DNA of 64,000 bases from Selaginella moellendorffii (GCF_000143415.4 NW_003314278.1:833157-897156); one strand, 5' to 3'. Shown: positions 1 through 11,532, counted from the first letter of the stretch. The notes: generated from the sequence alone by a model not told the origin. A program made the numbers and translations.

Positions 1-918
1 TCTCCATGTATCTCCTCCTCGTAACCTCTGTCTGTGTGCTCTCCTTGCAGCTTTGGGAGTGAGGCAGGCGTGTGGAAGTACATCAAGATCGCAGCCCTTT
101 TGTCGGACAAGAGCGTGAGGGACGTTGCTCTGCGATGCCGATGGATGGCCGTGAGTTGTTTTCTTCCTTTGTCCGGGGAGCTCACACTGACTTGTGGGGG
201 CTTTGCAGAAGAAGGAGGTCGGCAAGAGGAGGAAGGCCGAAGAACAACACAACGCTTCCAAGAAATCCAAGGACAAGAAGGTGAGCATTTGTCTCTTTTC
301 TTTGGCCCTCGTTGGATCGTTGGTTGGTCGTTGGGCAGGATAAGACTGTAGACGTGAAGCCATCAACAGCAGCTCTGGCCAAGACCGGCGGCAACGGCAA
401 CAGCAACAACAACAACACCAGCACCAACACCGGCTCCATGCCCATGTACTCTACCACGCCCCTTCCTATTGATGCCGACGATGGTATTTCAAACGAAGGT
501 TCGTCCGCTTTGCTTCACTCTCGATGCCTGACGTTGTGCTTGTTTCCCGCAGCAATCGGTGGCACCGCCGGGGAGCTGTTTGACCAAAACCTCCAAGTGG
601 TTGTGCAGATACGAGCCAACCTGGCTGCTGGCAAGGTATGTCGCTGTTGTTTTTGACGTCCTGGTTCTTGACAAGGGCGGTGCGATGCAGGCCCAGGAGA
701 ACACGGATCTCTTGGCCAAGTTCCGGGACAACCTGGAAGCGCTCCTCGACGGGTACATAAATACATACACGCTCTGGCTTGAAAGAACTTAATCCAGCTT
801 TTCTTTCCATGGCAGGATGTCTAATGTATCGGGGATCATGAGCCACATGCCCCCGCTCCAGATTGCAATCAACAGGGAGCTGGCGGACACCATCCTTCCC
901 ACAAAGTCGCAGCCGTGA
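1..918 (+). CDS. Myb/homeodomain-like DUF3755-family protein, 3' part (5' end outside window), multi-exon
   Basis: GT-AG spliced exons give KYIKIAALLSDKSVRDVALRCRWM...KRRK...IGGTAGELFDQN...QENTDLLAKFRDNL...IMSHMPPLQIAINRELADTILP; TGA at 916-918. Confidence 0.8.
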
Positions 919-1010
919 TAAAGTGGGGGGACTAGCTAGGCTTATTCTTGTACAGAGATTTTAGGAGGAGCTAGGGCTTATAGGTAGGCGTGCGCGAGGT
1001 GGGCGGCGCC

Positions 1011-1288
1011 ATGGTGCAGGCGATCAAGGGCGTCCTGGTGAGCTGGTGCGTCACACTTGCCCGCTGCTTTTTGCGCTTGATGGCCGTGGCCGTGGTGCGT
1101 GCAGCGACATACCCATGGCGCAGTTTGTCATTCACATGAACGAGCAGCTCCCCGCGGCCCAGCAGTTTATCATCTACGTGCTGGATGACACTAACATCTT
1201 CGTGCAGCCCAATGTCGTGGACATGATCCAGAAGCGGCTTCAGGAGTTTAGGGACCAGAACACGTACGAGAAACCACTCCAGGCTTAA
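1011..1288 (+). CDS. TFB5: TFIIH subunit 5 (Tfb5/TTDA/GTF2H5)
   Basis: Exons 1011-1045 and 1105-1288 give MVQAIKGVLVSCDIPMAQFVIHMNEQ...FIIYVLDDTNIFVQP...FRDQNTYEKP, the Tfb5 signature. Confidence 0.92.
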
Positions 1289-1330
1289 GCACTTTTGTAA
1301 CCCCCTCCTCCCCTCTTTCCCACCACCGCC

Positions 1331-3555
1331 ATGAAAGGCCTCCTGCCCGACAGCAGGAGCATTTTCCTCAACCTCGCCGCTCGGTGCTTTGTCAAGGGCC
1401 TCCCATGCAAACGCAAGCGAGCGGACCACGCTACCAGCAAGCAAGACCGGACGAGAAGGCGCACGGTTTCCCCGGCCGCGAGCAACGCTCACCCCATCAG
1501 TGAAGAGGCCGTCAGGTTGGTACTGGTGCTCTGGTTGTTCTCCACCTCCTAACTCTACTGCAGCGTTCAACTTGTGGACGACAACAAAGCCATGGTCCGG
1601 CTTGCGGCCAACCAGGTACGCAAGCAACGAGAGACGCTCCCATGATCGCTTGTGAATCTGGCAGACTCTTGCGTTTGATGGATGTGCCATGGTGTGCCTG
1701 ACCGAAGGAAGTGCTTCCATGCATGGTTACTCCCTTATTCGGGCCACGGAAGTTCTTGTGAAATCTTGCTCGACGCTATGCTCGGCTTTAACATTCCAGA
1801 CGAGCCAAGGCGGGTGCGTCCTCCGTTTCAGCTCCTGCAGCCTCGAGCAGCCGGATGACGACTCGCTGTCTTTTACTCTCGTAAGTTGTGTTACATAGAC
1901 CGGCACACCTTAAGTCTTCTGTTTGCAGGAAATTGTCGATGACTCCCGCTCATCTTCTGACCAAAATGCTGAATCCAGGAAAAGGAAACAAATAAGCAGT
2001 GACGTTGTGGAAGGAGCTCAGAAGCGCATGCGGCCGACCATTATACCTTGCGAGTGGTCGTCCACTGCCGACTTGATAATGTCCGTATGTGACAGGCTTC
2101 CACCTGTTGTTCCAGTCTGCGGAGGGAAAGGCGTGGGAAAGTCGACTTTTGCTCGTTTCCTCGTCAACAGATTGCTGACCAGGTGGATTCTTGATTTGTC
2201 TTAGACCTGGCTCGCTCATGCTCATGCAGGTACAAAGCTGTTGCATATCTCGACGCCGACGTTGGCCAGCCAGAGTTTACAATCCCAGGATGCTTATCAC
2301 TTCACGTTCTTGAAGAACCGATCACTGGCAAGGATCAGCGCTTCTGGAATCGTTCCTTTTCTCATGTTTTTCATTGCAGGCTCTCCCGTCTCACACCTAC
2401 GTGTCCCGCAAAGGTTTTATGATATTTTCCGACTTTCATGTTGCGTTTCCGACCCGCATACCCGCATCTTTCAGGTGCTTCTTCTACGGTGACATAACTC
2501 CACAATCGGATCCAAAGGCATATGTCAAATACTTCAAGGATCTTTACGACTCTTTTCGACGGGCCGCTCTTGAGATTCCGCTGGTCATCAACTCGCTTGG
2601 ATGGCGGGCAGGTCCAGGATTTTTCTCGCTTGTCATGTATTCTAACTTTGCGTTCCAAAGGTGTCGGATACGACCTCTTGGTTGATATACTGCGTTATTC
2701 GACGCCCACGCATGTGGTAGAGATCCACTCTGCAGACCATGAGAGTGTTCCGCCGCTGCCTGATGGCATTGCCTCCGTCCTTCATCTAGAACGCGCTTTC
2801 TCCTGCTCGACTGAGCCTGACCGGTATGCCACTCAGCTTCTTTCGCATTCACCATCATGTGGAACTAATTCTTGCCTAGTGCTGTCAGGACGGCTGCTCA
2901 GCTTAGAGCTCTCAGAGTGGTGCATTACTTCCATGATTACGATAGAATCGATTCTTCGCTTGGCCTTCGATTTGAGGAAGTTGCAAGAACACTAGCCTGC
3001 CAGGGTCCTTATCAAGTTTCAGCGGATGATCTCAACATCGTGCATCTTCATGTCCAGGTTGAGACTTCCAGACTGGTCTTCCATGTAAACTCAACTCTTG
3101 TATACGATTTGGACAGGTCCCACTATCTCAGAAGTTGTTCGGCTTGAATGCTCAACTTGTTGGTTTGGCTACCAGCTCTCACACTGGAGAAGAGCAACCC
3201 CCATGCGTTGGTTTCGGTGAGTGGCGTTTCTTCAGCTAGCATTCGAGTGAGCTGTCCGCCTTTTTCAGGTATTGTCCGGGCTATCGATGCTGACCGGCGC
3301 ATCTTGTACATTCTTACGCCATGCTCGCCAAACGTCCTCGAGGGAGTGGACACTATACTGCAAGGTCGCGTGGACGTTCCTGCTACTCTACTACAGGTTC
3401 GTTGTAGCTTCAACAAAGAGAATGTTGTTGTATAATTAACAAACCAGGTGGAAGGATACATGTGCCCCTATCTGAGCACAAGTCAAGTAGTTGAAGGCAC
3501 CGGCTCATCTATTTTACGAAGACGACTGCCCAAGAGGAAGATTTCTTTGTCATGA
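1331..3555 (+). CDS. NOL9: Polynucleotide 5'-hydroxyl kinase NOL9/Grc3 (Clp1 family), many short introns
   Basis: Walker A GGKGVGKSTFARFLVNRLL; AYLDADVGQPEFT; LVINSLGW; GIVRAIDADRRILYILTP; C-terminal CPYLS; TGA 3553-3555. Linking the 5' exons (1331-1880) is inferred from splice sites. Confidence 0.85.
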
Positions 3556-3561
3556 TCGTTG

Positions 3562-5074
3562 TTATCTCACCGCTGCGAGTGTATTCTTTACCTTTGGAAT
3601 ACTAAACGAGGCTGAGAAAAAGCTAGTGTTTGTGGCACTGCCACTCGAGTCTCTTGCTCTTAGAACCCTTCCGCCACTGGAGCTTGAAGTCTTGTTCTGT
3701 AAATTAAATAGTCAGATGAGTGTTTCATGCGCATTTCTCACTACCTGGCGTCGCTTTCCAGTGTTCTCACCACGATTGGTGCGCTTTGCAGTCTTCTCCT
3801 GCATTTTGTGTTAGAAAAAGTATAACTTTGCTTGAAGGGAGGTGTACCCCTTCTCCTCTGGCTTTTCGAGAGCGCGAGCGCAAGCGCTTGCATTGCCCAG
3901 ACTCTCCTGCGGCGACGGCCTCCATTTCCGACGATAAGTTGCGAGTAGTGACGTCCTTCTTTCCAGTTTTCACGGGTTTGTCCAGCCTCTGGAAGAAACA
4001 GAACAGTAAGAAAAGCAAGCAGAGAAATTAAATCTGCGAACCCTTTTTTCGTCATGCTTGGCCTCCAGTTCAGCATACAACTCCTTCAGGTTCCTATTTT
4101 CCAGCCTTACCTCCTCCAGCCTTCTGTACGCATTTTGTAGCTCATCGCTTGCGCTTGTTTGCACCTTCTCTGACATGAGTTCGGCAACCATATTTTTCAT
4201 CTCCAGGGACTCATCTTCTGCTTTCTTCAATTCCATCTTCGTTATCGTCAGCTCCACTGCTCTTTCATCACCAACTCTCTGCGCCAACTCGTTACACTCT
4301 CGAAGCTTCGCGATGTCCTCTTGACTAGCGAGCACTACCGCTTCTTTTTCTTTCAGGCGGCAGCAAAAATCGGCCTCCAAGCATTTCAGCTGATTCCACA
4401 CGAAGTCCCTTTCCCTGAGAAGAGCTTGCAACTCCTTCGAAACTTTGGTCATTTCTGTGGCATGGCCGAGTTTCAACCCCTGGATTTCCAGCCGAAGATC
4501 CTGAATCTGCTGTGATGCATCATGCAACTTATCCACAAACTCCGCTTCCTTCGTTGCTAAGACGGATTGTCCACCGAGGGACTGCTGCTGCTTGAGCCGC
4601 TCAACCTTTTCCTGCGTAATGTATGGCAATTAATCTTACAGCGAAGGAGTAACCAGGCAAGCACCTTTTCTAGTCGAACTTGGCTCTCCAGTAGTGTCAC
4701 TCGGGTCTGGAAATGCGTAAGATCGTCCACAGCGCTATCTGTCATTGCAAGGTTTTGAGCATGCGCGAAGGATGTACGTCGTTAACATACCCAGCTTGAG
4801 CTTGGTCAGAAAAAGTTCGTGCTGCTGAAGGCCCAGTGTGAGGGCAAGCTGCGCATTTTCATAGCTTTGAAAAGCCTCCGTATGCCTGTGAGCTCTCTCT
4901 CCCTGCAAGAGAAGCCCCTAAGCCCTAGCATTCGAATGAATCGACAAAACATACCACCAGAAGTCGATTCTCCAGCTGCCATTTCTCCGCTGCCCAGTAA
5001 TCCAGCTGAATGTCGAGCTTGCGCGCAAGGAAATCCTCCTCTCTCACCATACCAAGCGTCGATCTAGCATCCAT
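3562..5074 (-). CDS. Plant coiled-coil 'cytomatrix protein-like' protein, multi-exon
   Basis: Heptad-rich ORFs with LLRERDFVWNQLK and C-terminal FFSASFSIPKVK motifs as recalled for this family; ATG (MDARS) at 5074, TAA at 3562-3564. Confidence 0.6.
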
Positions 5075-5179
5075 CCTCTCGAAAGCAAAATAAAGCCGTT
5101 GGGCTAGGGCGAATGGGCAGGACCCCATTTTAAACCTCGAGCCAGGCTTAGGGCGGAAGGGCTAGTTTGATCGGCGTCC

Positions 5180-6627
5180 ATGGAAGCGCATCAGCCTCCG
5201 CCAATCCAGAGGGCCCTTGACAAGGTGAGCGCCTCCTTCGCCCGCAAGGCTCTAATCTGCGGGTCGCGCAGGTGGATGAGATTGTAGCTCGGCTGCAGCA
5301 GCTGCAGACCGCGATCGAGGTCACCAGGATGGCTGTTTCTTGCAAAAGCCCCAAAAGCGATGGCGCGCGACTCCAAAGGTAGCGGCTTTTCTGTGCTGTA
5401 TAGGATTTCCCAGTGTTCTCTGCTGCAGAGTTGGACTCGATGACGATGCGATGGCGAAGCTATCCAATGCAGGTTTGTCGCCAAAATGTTTGTCTGGGAT
5501 CCATTGGTTTACACTTCTCTCCTTCGTGATGTATGTAGCTGAGTGGACGCAGTGGTCAGAATCGGCTGAGTCTGTGCATCGGGTACTCTCGGATCTTCTC
5601 GCGGCTGCCAAGAACGCAAAGGAACTCTCTGGTGGGGTATCGCAAGTGTTTGAAGCAAGGCGGGGTTCTGCAAGTATACAGCGTGACAGGCGTCATGCAG
5701 ATAGCCAAACCAAAGGGGATGCCTCGGCTACTTTGCATAGTGGAGTGGGCATCCAGGAGTTCGACAAGATTGAACAGCTTCAGACCTTCAACGCCCTGCC
5801 AGTAGCGTCACCGGCACCGGTACAGGCACCAGCACCAGCGGCGGCACCATCCATGAAGGTTACAAAGGTGAAACAATCTCAGAAGAGTTGGAAGTTGTCG
5901 CAGATGAAGTCCACACAGTCGAATGCAGTTATGTTTCCAAACCCTGCATACGAGACGACAAGCCCGCCAAGCTCGAAGCATTTCAGGGTATTAGCTCCGT
6001 TCAAGCATCCAGCTGCTAAGAAGACTGGAGTGGACAAAGCGCAGAAAGTGCCATTGCTTCGTGGTAAGAAGGGACAGACATCTCCTGTCAAGTCGCTTCC
6101 GGCACTGATTGACCGCTTGCCCTCAAAGAACAAACCAGTTACTCGTCCACGGCTCGCGACGGAGACAGTCACTTATTCCCTTGGTTCTCGGCTACCGGTT
6201 CCTCCAGCGCACTTTTCTCGTGGAGACAAGCACTCCGAGATCGCTGCCACAGGCCATAGCTGGAAGCATAGTAATCCGCGGCCTTTGAAGGTGTTAGAGG
6301 CAAGCAAGAAGACGTGCAAGGATGCTACTCAGGAGAAGAGGCAAGGTGTTGGGCGTGGTCAACACTACTCTAAACTGTCCAAGAACGCGAGTAGAGCGAA
6401 GTCGACTTCACCCAAGCGGCGTAAGCACTCGGAGAAGGAAAACCTCCTTACTAGCAACACCAGTTTGAGGCGGAGTTGGTCCGCGGGCAACGGATCCCTT
6501 GGAGCCAAAAACAACAACCCAGGTACGCAGGCCGGTGTTGAGCTGTTTACCTCTGACCATTTGTTGAGCAGGGCATTCCATGCTAGAGCGTGCCAAAGGC
6601 TGGATGCTCCGAAAGCAACAGGTTTGA
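5180..6627 (+). CDS. TANGLED1-like basic microtubule-binding / division-plane protein
   Basis: Spliced N-terminus IQRALDKVDEIVARLQQLQTAI resembles TAN1 '[21 protein letters not shown]'; second block EWTQWS..VHRVLSDLLAAAKNAKEL; VMFPNPAY resembles 'VLFPNPLF'; basic S/K/P-rich remainder; last exon ends ...MLRKQQV* at 6627. Confidence 0.65.
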
Positions 6628-6671
6628 ACCAAAACTCGTCTTTCTGGATTTGTACAAAAGCGTGTCCCGTG

Positions 6672-7595
6672 CTATGAAATGGTAACGTCGTCGACTTGAT
6701 CTACGAGCGCGCGAGAATCAGCGAAGTTCAAGTACTGCTCCGACGTTTCCGGGATAGCTGGCTTCTCATGCAGCGTTCGGGAGATCTTGCCGTACGACTT
6801 GGCGTACAAGTGCTGCAACGGAAAGGGGTAGAGTCTGAGCGGCACGCACACAAAGCGAGGATGAAGACGCGAACCTGTGATGCATGGACGTGCCCGGTGT
6901 ATCCCGTGACATGGTGCTTGCCTTCCATCACTTGTCGAGTGTCATCAAAGATTTTCAACCTCACCCTGTAGTCGGGCCTCAGCTCAAACATGGACGGCTG
7001 CATGGATCCCACAAGAGAAATAAAGGAGCACGCTATATAATCTTGCTTACCCTGGTCGTTTTCTTGTCCACTCTTATATAGTTGGGCCTAGGCTCCACTT
7101 CGAAGAAGCGCTCCTGACTTTGTGCGTAGAGGTCGACTTTCCCCTGGAGGAAGGAACAAGCAGAGTTAGACGCTTGCCCCATGCATGCCTCACCTGTGGT
7201 GGATTGTCGACAAGCTCGTACAGGCTGCCGGCATTCTTGCGCTCTCTCAAGGTATTTTCAGCCAAGGCAGCCAAGTTTGAGGCCGCTCCGGCCGTCTTAG
7301 CAAAGACGTGGTTGCTCTTGCTGGGAATATACCCCTGCCGTAGAAGCCAAAGTTGCTTGATGATTGCACTACGTAACATACATATCAGACCTGGTAACCG
7401 GGTATCCTGTGCTTGTCGGCGGTCTGCTTGCCTTGAGGCCGCGTGTCCCAATAGTAGAGGAGCTCCTTGACAGTGGGCTTGTCTGGGACACAGTGGTCCG
7501 TGATGATTTCTCGTCTGCTTGAGCCATAAGATTTGCCGAATATGTGTTGGGACCCATGCTGCATCACAAAGAGGTGGAATCCATGTTGTGTTGAT

Positions 7596-7632
<37 letters not shown>

Positions 7633-8233
7633 GTGACCTGTGTAGCCCGGGACCGTGGGGATCTCGGGCTGTTCCAAGCTCATTTTGTGGAAGGACTTGC
7701 GCAGCTGCAGGGTGGGATCTCTGTATGGTGCAACGGGAAGTGATGCAGATTTGACGGTCTTGGTGACACACTCTTCAGTGGTTCCTGCCACTTTCCTGTA
7801 CACGAAACATGTCCATTATAAACATGACTTCCCGTGCTCGTTACTCACTCCATGCCGCGCACATCCAGGCGCCCCGTGGCATGGAAGAGCGCACCGGATG
7901 GCCGCTTCTTGCTGATGCGAGGCTCCAGCGCCCTCTTGTCCAGGAGCTCGTATCCCGTCTTTGCGGTCTGGGCGTAGAGAAAGTCCCTCCCTTGCGGCCG
8001 GGACTCGACAGTCTGCCACAGCACCGGTCTCCGTGCTAAATTGTGCGTGATGAGCGGCCGACACATACCAGAGGCGCCACACTCGCATAATCATCCCGCC
8101 GAAACGCCTTCTCGCACTGCGACGCACGGACTGTGGAATCCGAGAAACTCCTCCCCACAATGTGGTTGCGCATGCAGGGCACATGGCCGCCGTAGCCAGG
8201 CATGGCCTTGACATATTTGTCGCGCCGCACCAT
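6672..8233 (-). CDS. PGY(T/G)GH-repeat protein, FAM166/CIMIP2/FAP95-FAP129-like ciliary microtubule inner protein
   Basis: About 8 exons with four repeats: MPGYGGHVP..IVGRSFS, VPGYTGHQ..HIFGKSYG, IPGYQGYIP..HVFAKT, VTGYTGHV..HLYAKSYG; stop at 6672-6674. Confidence 0.7.
7600..7628. repeat. (GA)n microsatellite in an intron
   Basis: About 14 consecutive GA units. Confidence 0.95.
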
Positions 8234-8366
8234 CCTGATGTGCTGCGCTAGTTGAGAGCCCTAAATCTGTGCCAGCTGAACGCACGGCAGTTGCGAAGGG
8301 GCAAAAGTTTAAGGACCGCCCATTCGGACCGCTGGGATCTAAAGGTCAAATCTTTTTCTTTCTTAA

Positions 8367-9662
8367 TCATCTCGTGACAACCTTGTTAATTTGGTCCAAA
8401 TGTGAGAGGTGCGCACCGGCAACATGATCTGGCGACGGGGCGGCGCAACAACAGTCCTCTGGATCGACGACGCGGTCCATGAGCAACTGGTAGCAATCCC
8501 AAGACGATATCTGTTTCAAGAGGACAGTGAAACAAGAGCCAAGAGAGGTGAAAGAGGCGTTTGGTGGCAAGGTAGGTCCTTTTAATTCTTTGATTTTATT
8601 TTGTCCGGTTTTGTTGTTATAAACGGTACCAACCATGTCAACCGCCAGCGTTGTCCGAAGACGATCCATGAAGTCGGCTGATTGCACGGGGATGCTCTCA
8701 TCCAGCACACACTGAAGAATGCAGCTGCCGATCACAGATGGCTGGTACTGTAAGAAGGCTGCCTCTGCGCAAGACAAGACAAGGCGGTCGAGATTAGCAT
8801 ATATGTTCGGACATTGCACGCAGCCATGCCTGGAAGGAGCCCAGCCACGAGCTCATCGGCCCTGGAGAAGAAGTAGTGGAGTGTGTGTGTGGGAAATGCG
8901 GCGCTACTGGCAAGGTGCCGGATGGCGTTGAAGATGAAGTCGTGGGGGGTGAGCGTGACTGCCGACCATCCCAGCGACCTGAGCACAATCAGCTCCATGC
9001 GCCGGATGCTGGCAGCATCGAACCCAACCTTGGCAGCAGCACCCTGCGCTCCAACCACATCCAGCAATCTTAGAGCAGGGGGACGCACTGGGAGGGAGGG
9101 GGTACCTTTAGGTGCCAGAAGTCGAGCACCCGGCTGCCACTGTACTTGGCAGCCAGCCACATGCAAGCCAGGCCCGCCAGATTCAGGTGCAGCGGAGAGT
9201 GACTCGATTGCACTTGACAAGAGCTCGAAGAAACAAACCGATCCAGCATTGATACCGCGCTGGCAGCCACAGAGACATCCAAACGCAGGAGACTTCGGAG
9301 CTGAAACAAGCTCCTGGTTATCTCAATTCCGCGCTTCACAATGCTGCACACAGTCTCACCTCAAGTATCCACACAACAGTTGCACGGCGGAGCTCCACGA
9401 GGGGCGATCGCTCCAGGAGCAGCTGTCGCACAAAGAGCTTGCAAGGCAGATAGCGTCCCACACTCTCCTGGCTGACGAGGAGTGCCATGCATTCCCCGAA
9501 TTGGAGCGCGCAATCTAGCTGGCACGGCTGGTGAAAGTCTTCACCACGCTCCCCCGACATTGCCAGCCGATCCAATCCCAAGATGGCGGTGCCATCGTCG
9601 CTGTGGGACATGGATTCTTCACACAGGAGCAAACTGGATGAAGCCACGGCGGCCACCGTCAT
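8367..9662 (-). CDS. CYCD: D-type cyclin
   Basis: N-terminal LxCxE motif (LLCEE); cyclin box RRATVVWILE...AVSMLDRFVSS...LAGLACMWLAAK...FDAASIRRMELIVLRSLGWSAVTLTPHDFI; FLQYQPSVIG. Confidence 0.9.
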
Positions 9663-9906
9663 TGCTCCTTTGCTGCTGCTGCTGTTGCTATTACAACTTA
9701 TAATGTTGTGTGAGAGAGGCTTTCCTTTTCTTTGCACTGCTACTAGATACGGCTCAAGATCCCAGGCACCCAGGAGCAAGTAGGCCTTCTTGGGGGTTAT
9801 CTTTCTTCCGTTTGTGCGCAGGGAATATCTCAGTGCGTTTCTTGAGGGGATCCCGTCGCCATCACAGAATATCTCTCTTGTCCACACCGCCAGCCCTAAA
9901 AAAGCC

Positions 9907-11532
9907 ATGGTTCTAGCAGCAGCCACCGCCGCCGTCGGGATGGCAGCGGGTAGCAGCAACACCTCCTTGTTTCTCCCCTGGCACAGCGGCGGCTGGAGCA
10001 AACCAAGGATTGCAGCAGCTCAGGCGAGAGGAGGTATCAGTCTCAGATGCTCTGCCCGATGGTCATGCGAGCACCAAGAGGAGCAGCCCATGCTGGCGGC
10101 GGCGGAGCGGGCGTGGGGGGAGGAATGCGGCGTGGTGGGCATCTACGGCGACAGCGATGCGAGCAGGCTGTGCTATCTGGCGCTGCACGCGCTGCAGCAC
10201 AGGGGGCAGGAGGGCGCGGGAATTGTGTCGTGTGACGGTGGGCAGCTCAAGGGGATCACCGGGCTGGGGCTGGTGTCGGAGGTGTTCAATCACTCCAAGC
10301 TGAGCAAGCTCCCCGGCTTATCGGCGATCGGGCACGTAAGGTATGGTACCGCCGGTGATTCGGTACTCAAAAACGTCCAGCCCTTTGTCGCCGGCTACCG
10401 CTTCGGCTCTGTGGGCGTGGCTCACAATGGCAACCTTGTCAACTACAACGAGCTCCGCATCATGCTCGAGGACAGCGGCTCCATCTTCAACACCTCCTCC
10501 GACACCGAGGTTGTGCTGCACCTCATCGCCACCTCCAAGGCGCGCCCCTTCATCTCTCGCCTCGTCCACGCCTGTGAGCAGCTCGAGGGTGCCTACTCGC
10601 TCGTCTTTCTCACCGAGGACAAGCTGGTGGCGGCCAGGGACCCCTACGGCTTCCGCCCGCTTGTCATGGGCCGCCGGAGCAACGGCGCCGTCGTCTTCGC
10701 GTCCGAGACGTGCGCCCTGGGCCTCATCGAGGCGGAATTCCAGAGGGAGGTGAACCCAGGGGAGGTGATCGTGGTTGACAGGGACGGCGTCAGCTCCCTC
10801 TGCCTCATGCCACACAAGGAGCGCAAGGCCTGCATCTTCGAGCACATCTACTTTGCGCTGCCCAACTCGGTCGTCTTCGGACTGTCTGTGTACCAGACCA
10901 GGTACAGGATTGGCGAGGTGCTGGCCGAGGAGGCACCCGTGGATTGCGACGTAGTCATCGCAGTCCCAGACTCGGGGATGGTGGCGGCGCTGGGCTACGC
11001 CTACAAGTCGGGCGTCCCGTTCCAGCAGGGGCTCATCCGCTCGCACTACGTGGGACGGACTTTCATCGAGCCGCACCAGAAGATCCGGGACTTCGGGGTC
11101 AAGTTGAAGCTCTCTCCGGTCAAGGAAGTCCTCGAGGGCAAGAGGGTGGTGGTGGTGGACGATTCCATTGTCCGGGGTACAACGTCGTCCAAGATTGTGA
11201 GGCTCATCAAGGAGGCGGGCGCCAAGGAGGTACACCTGCGGATTGCTAGCCCCCCTATCACGGGCTCCTGTTACTACGGCGTCGACACGCCCTCCAGGGA
11301 AGAGCTCATATCGCACAAGCTGAGCATTGACGAGACGTGCGCCTTCATTGGGGCCGACTCACTCGCCTTCCTGCCACTTGAGAGGCTGAGGGGAATGCTG
11401 GGCCACAGCGCACCAACTTTCTGTGACGCTTGCTTCTCTGGAAATTATCCCATCCTGCCCAAACATCTGGACCTCCCTCCATCTGGGGTGGACACCCGGA
11501 TCAAAGAGCCCGTTGTGCTACCCGTTGCTTAA
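9907..11532 (+). CDS. purF: Amidophosphoribosyltransferase (GPRAT/ATase), plastid-targeted, intronless
   Basis: Transit-peptide-like start, EECGVVGI (Ntn Cys), LQHRGQEGAGI, VAHNGNLVN, PRPP motif VVVVDDSIVRGTTS, FCDACFSG. Confidence 0.97.
   Translation: MVLAAATAAVGMAAGSSNTSLFLPWHSGGWSKPRIAAAQARGGISLRCSARWSCEHQEEQPMLAAAERAWGEECGVVGIYGDSDASRLCYLALHALQHRGQEGAGIVSCDGGQLKGITGLGLVSEVFNHSKLSKLPGLSAIGHVRYGTAGDSVLKNVQPFVAGYRFGSVGVAHNGNLVNYNELRIMLEDSGSIFNTSSDTEVVLHLIATSKARPFISRLVHACEQLEGAYSLVFLTEDKLVAARDPYGFRPLVMGRRSNGAVVFASETCALGLIEAEFQREVNPGEVIVVDRDGVSSLCLMPHKERKACIFEHIYFALPNSVVFGLSVYQTRYRIGEVLAEEAPVDCDVVIAVPDSGMVAALGYAYKSGVPFQQGLIRSHYVGRTFIEPHQKIRDFGVKLKLSPVKEVLEGKRVVVVDDSIVRGTTSSKIVRLIKEAGAKEVHLRIASPPITGSCYYGVDTPSREELISHKLSIDETCAFIGADSLAFLPLERLRGMLGHSAPTFCDACFSGNYPILPKHLDLPPSGVDTRIKEPVVLPVA

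Noticed and set aside
971-1720. 249-aa minus-strand ORF over TFB5/NOL9
   Set aside because: No recognisable motifs; antisense to well-supported spliced genes
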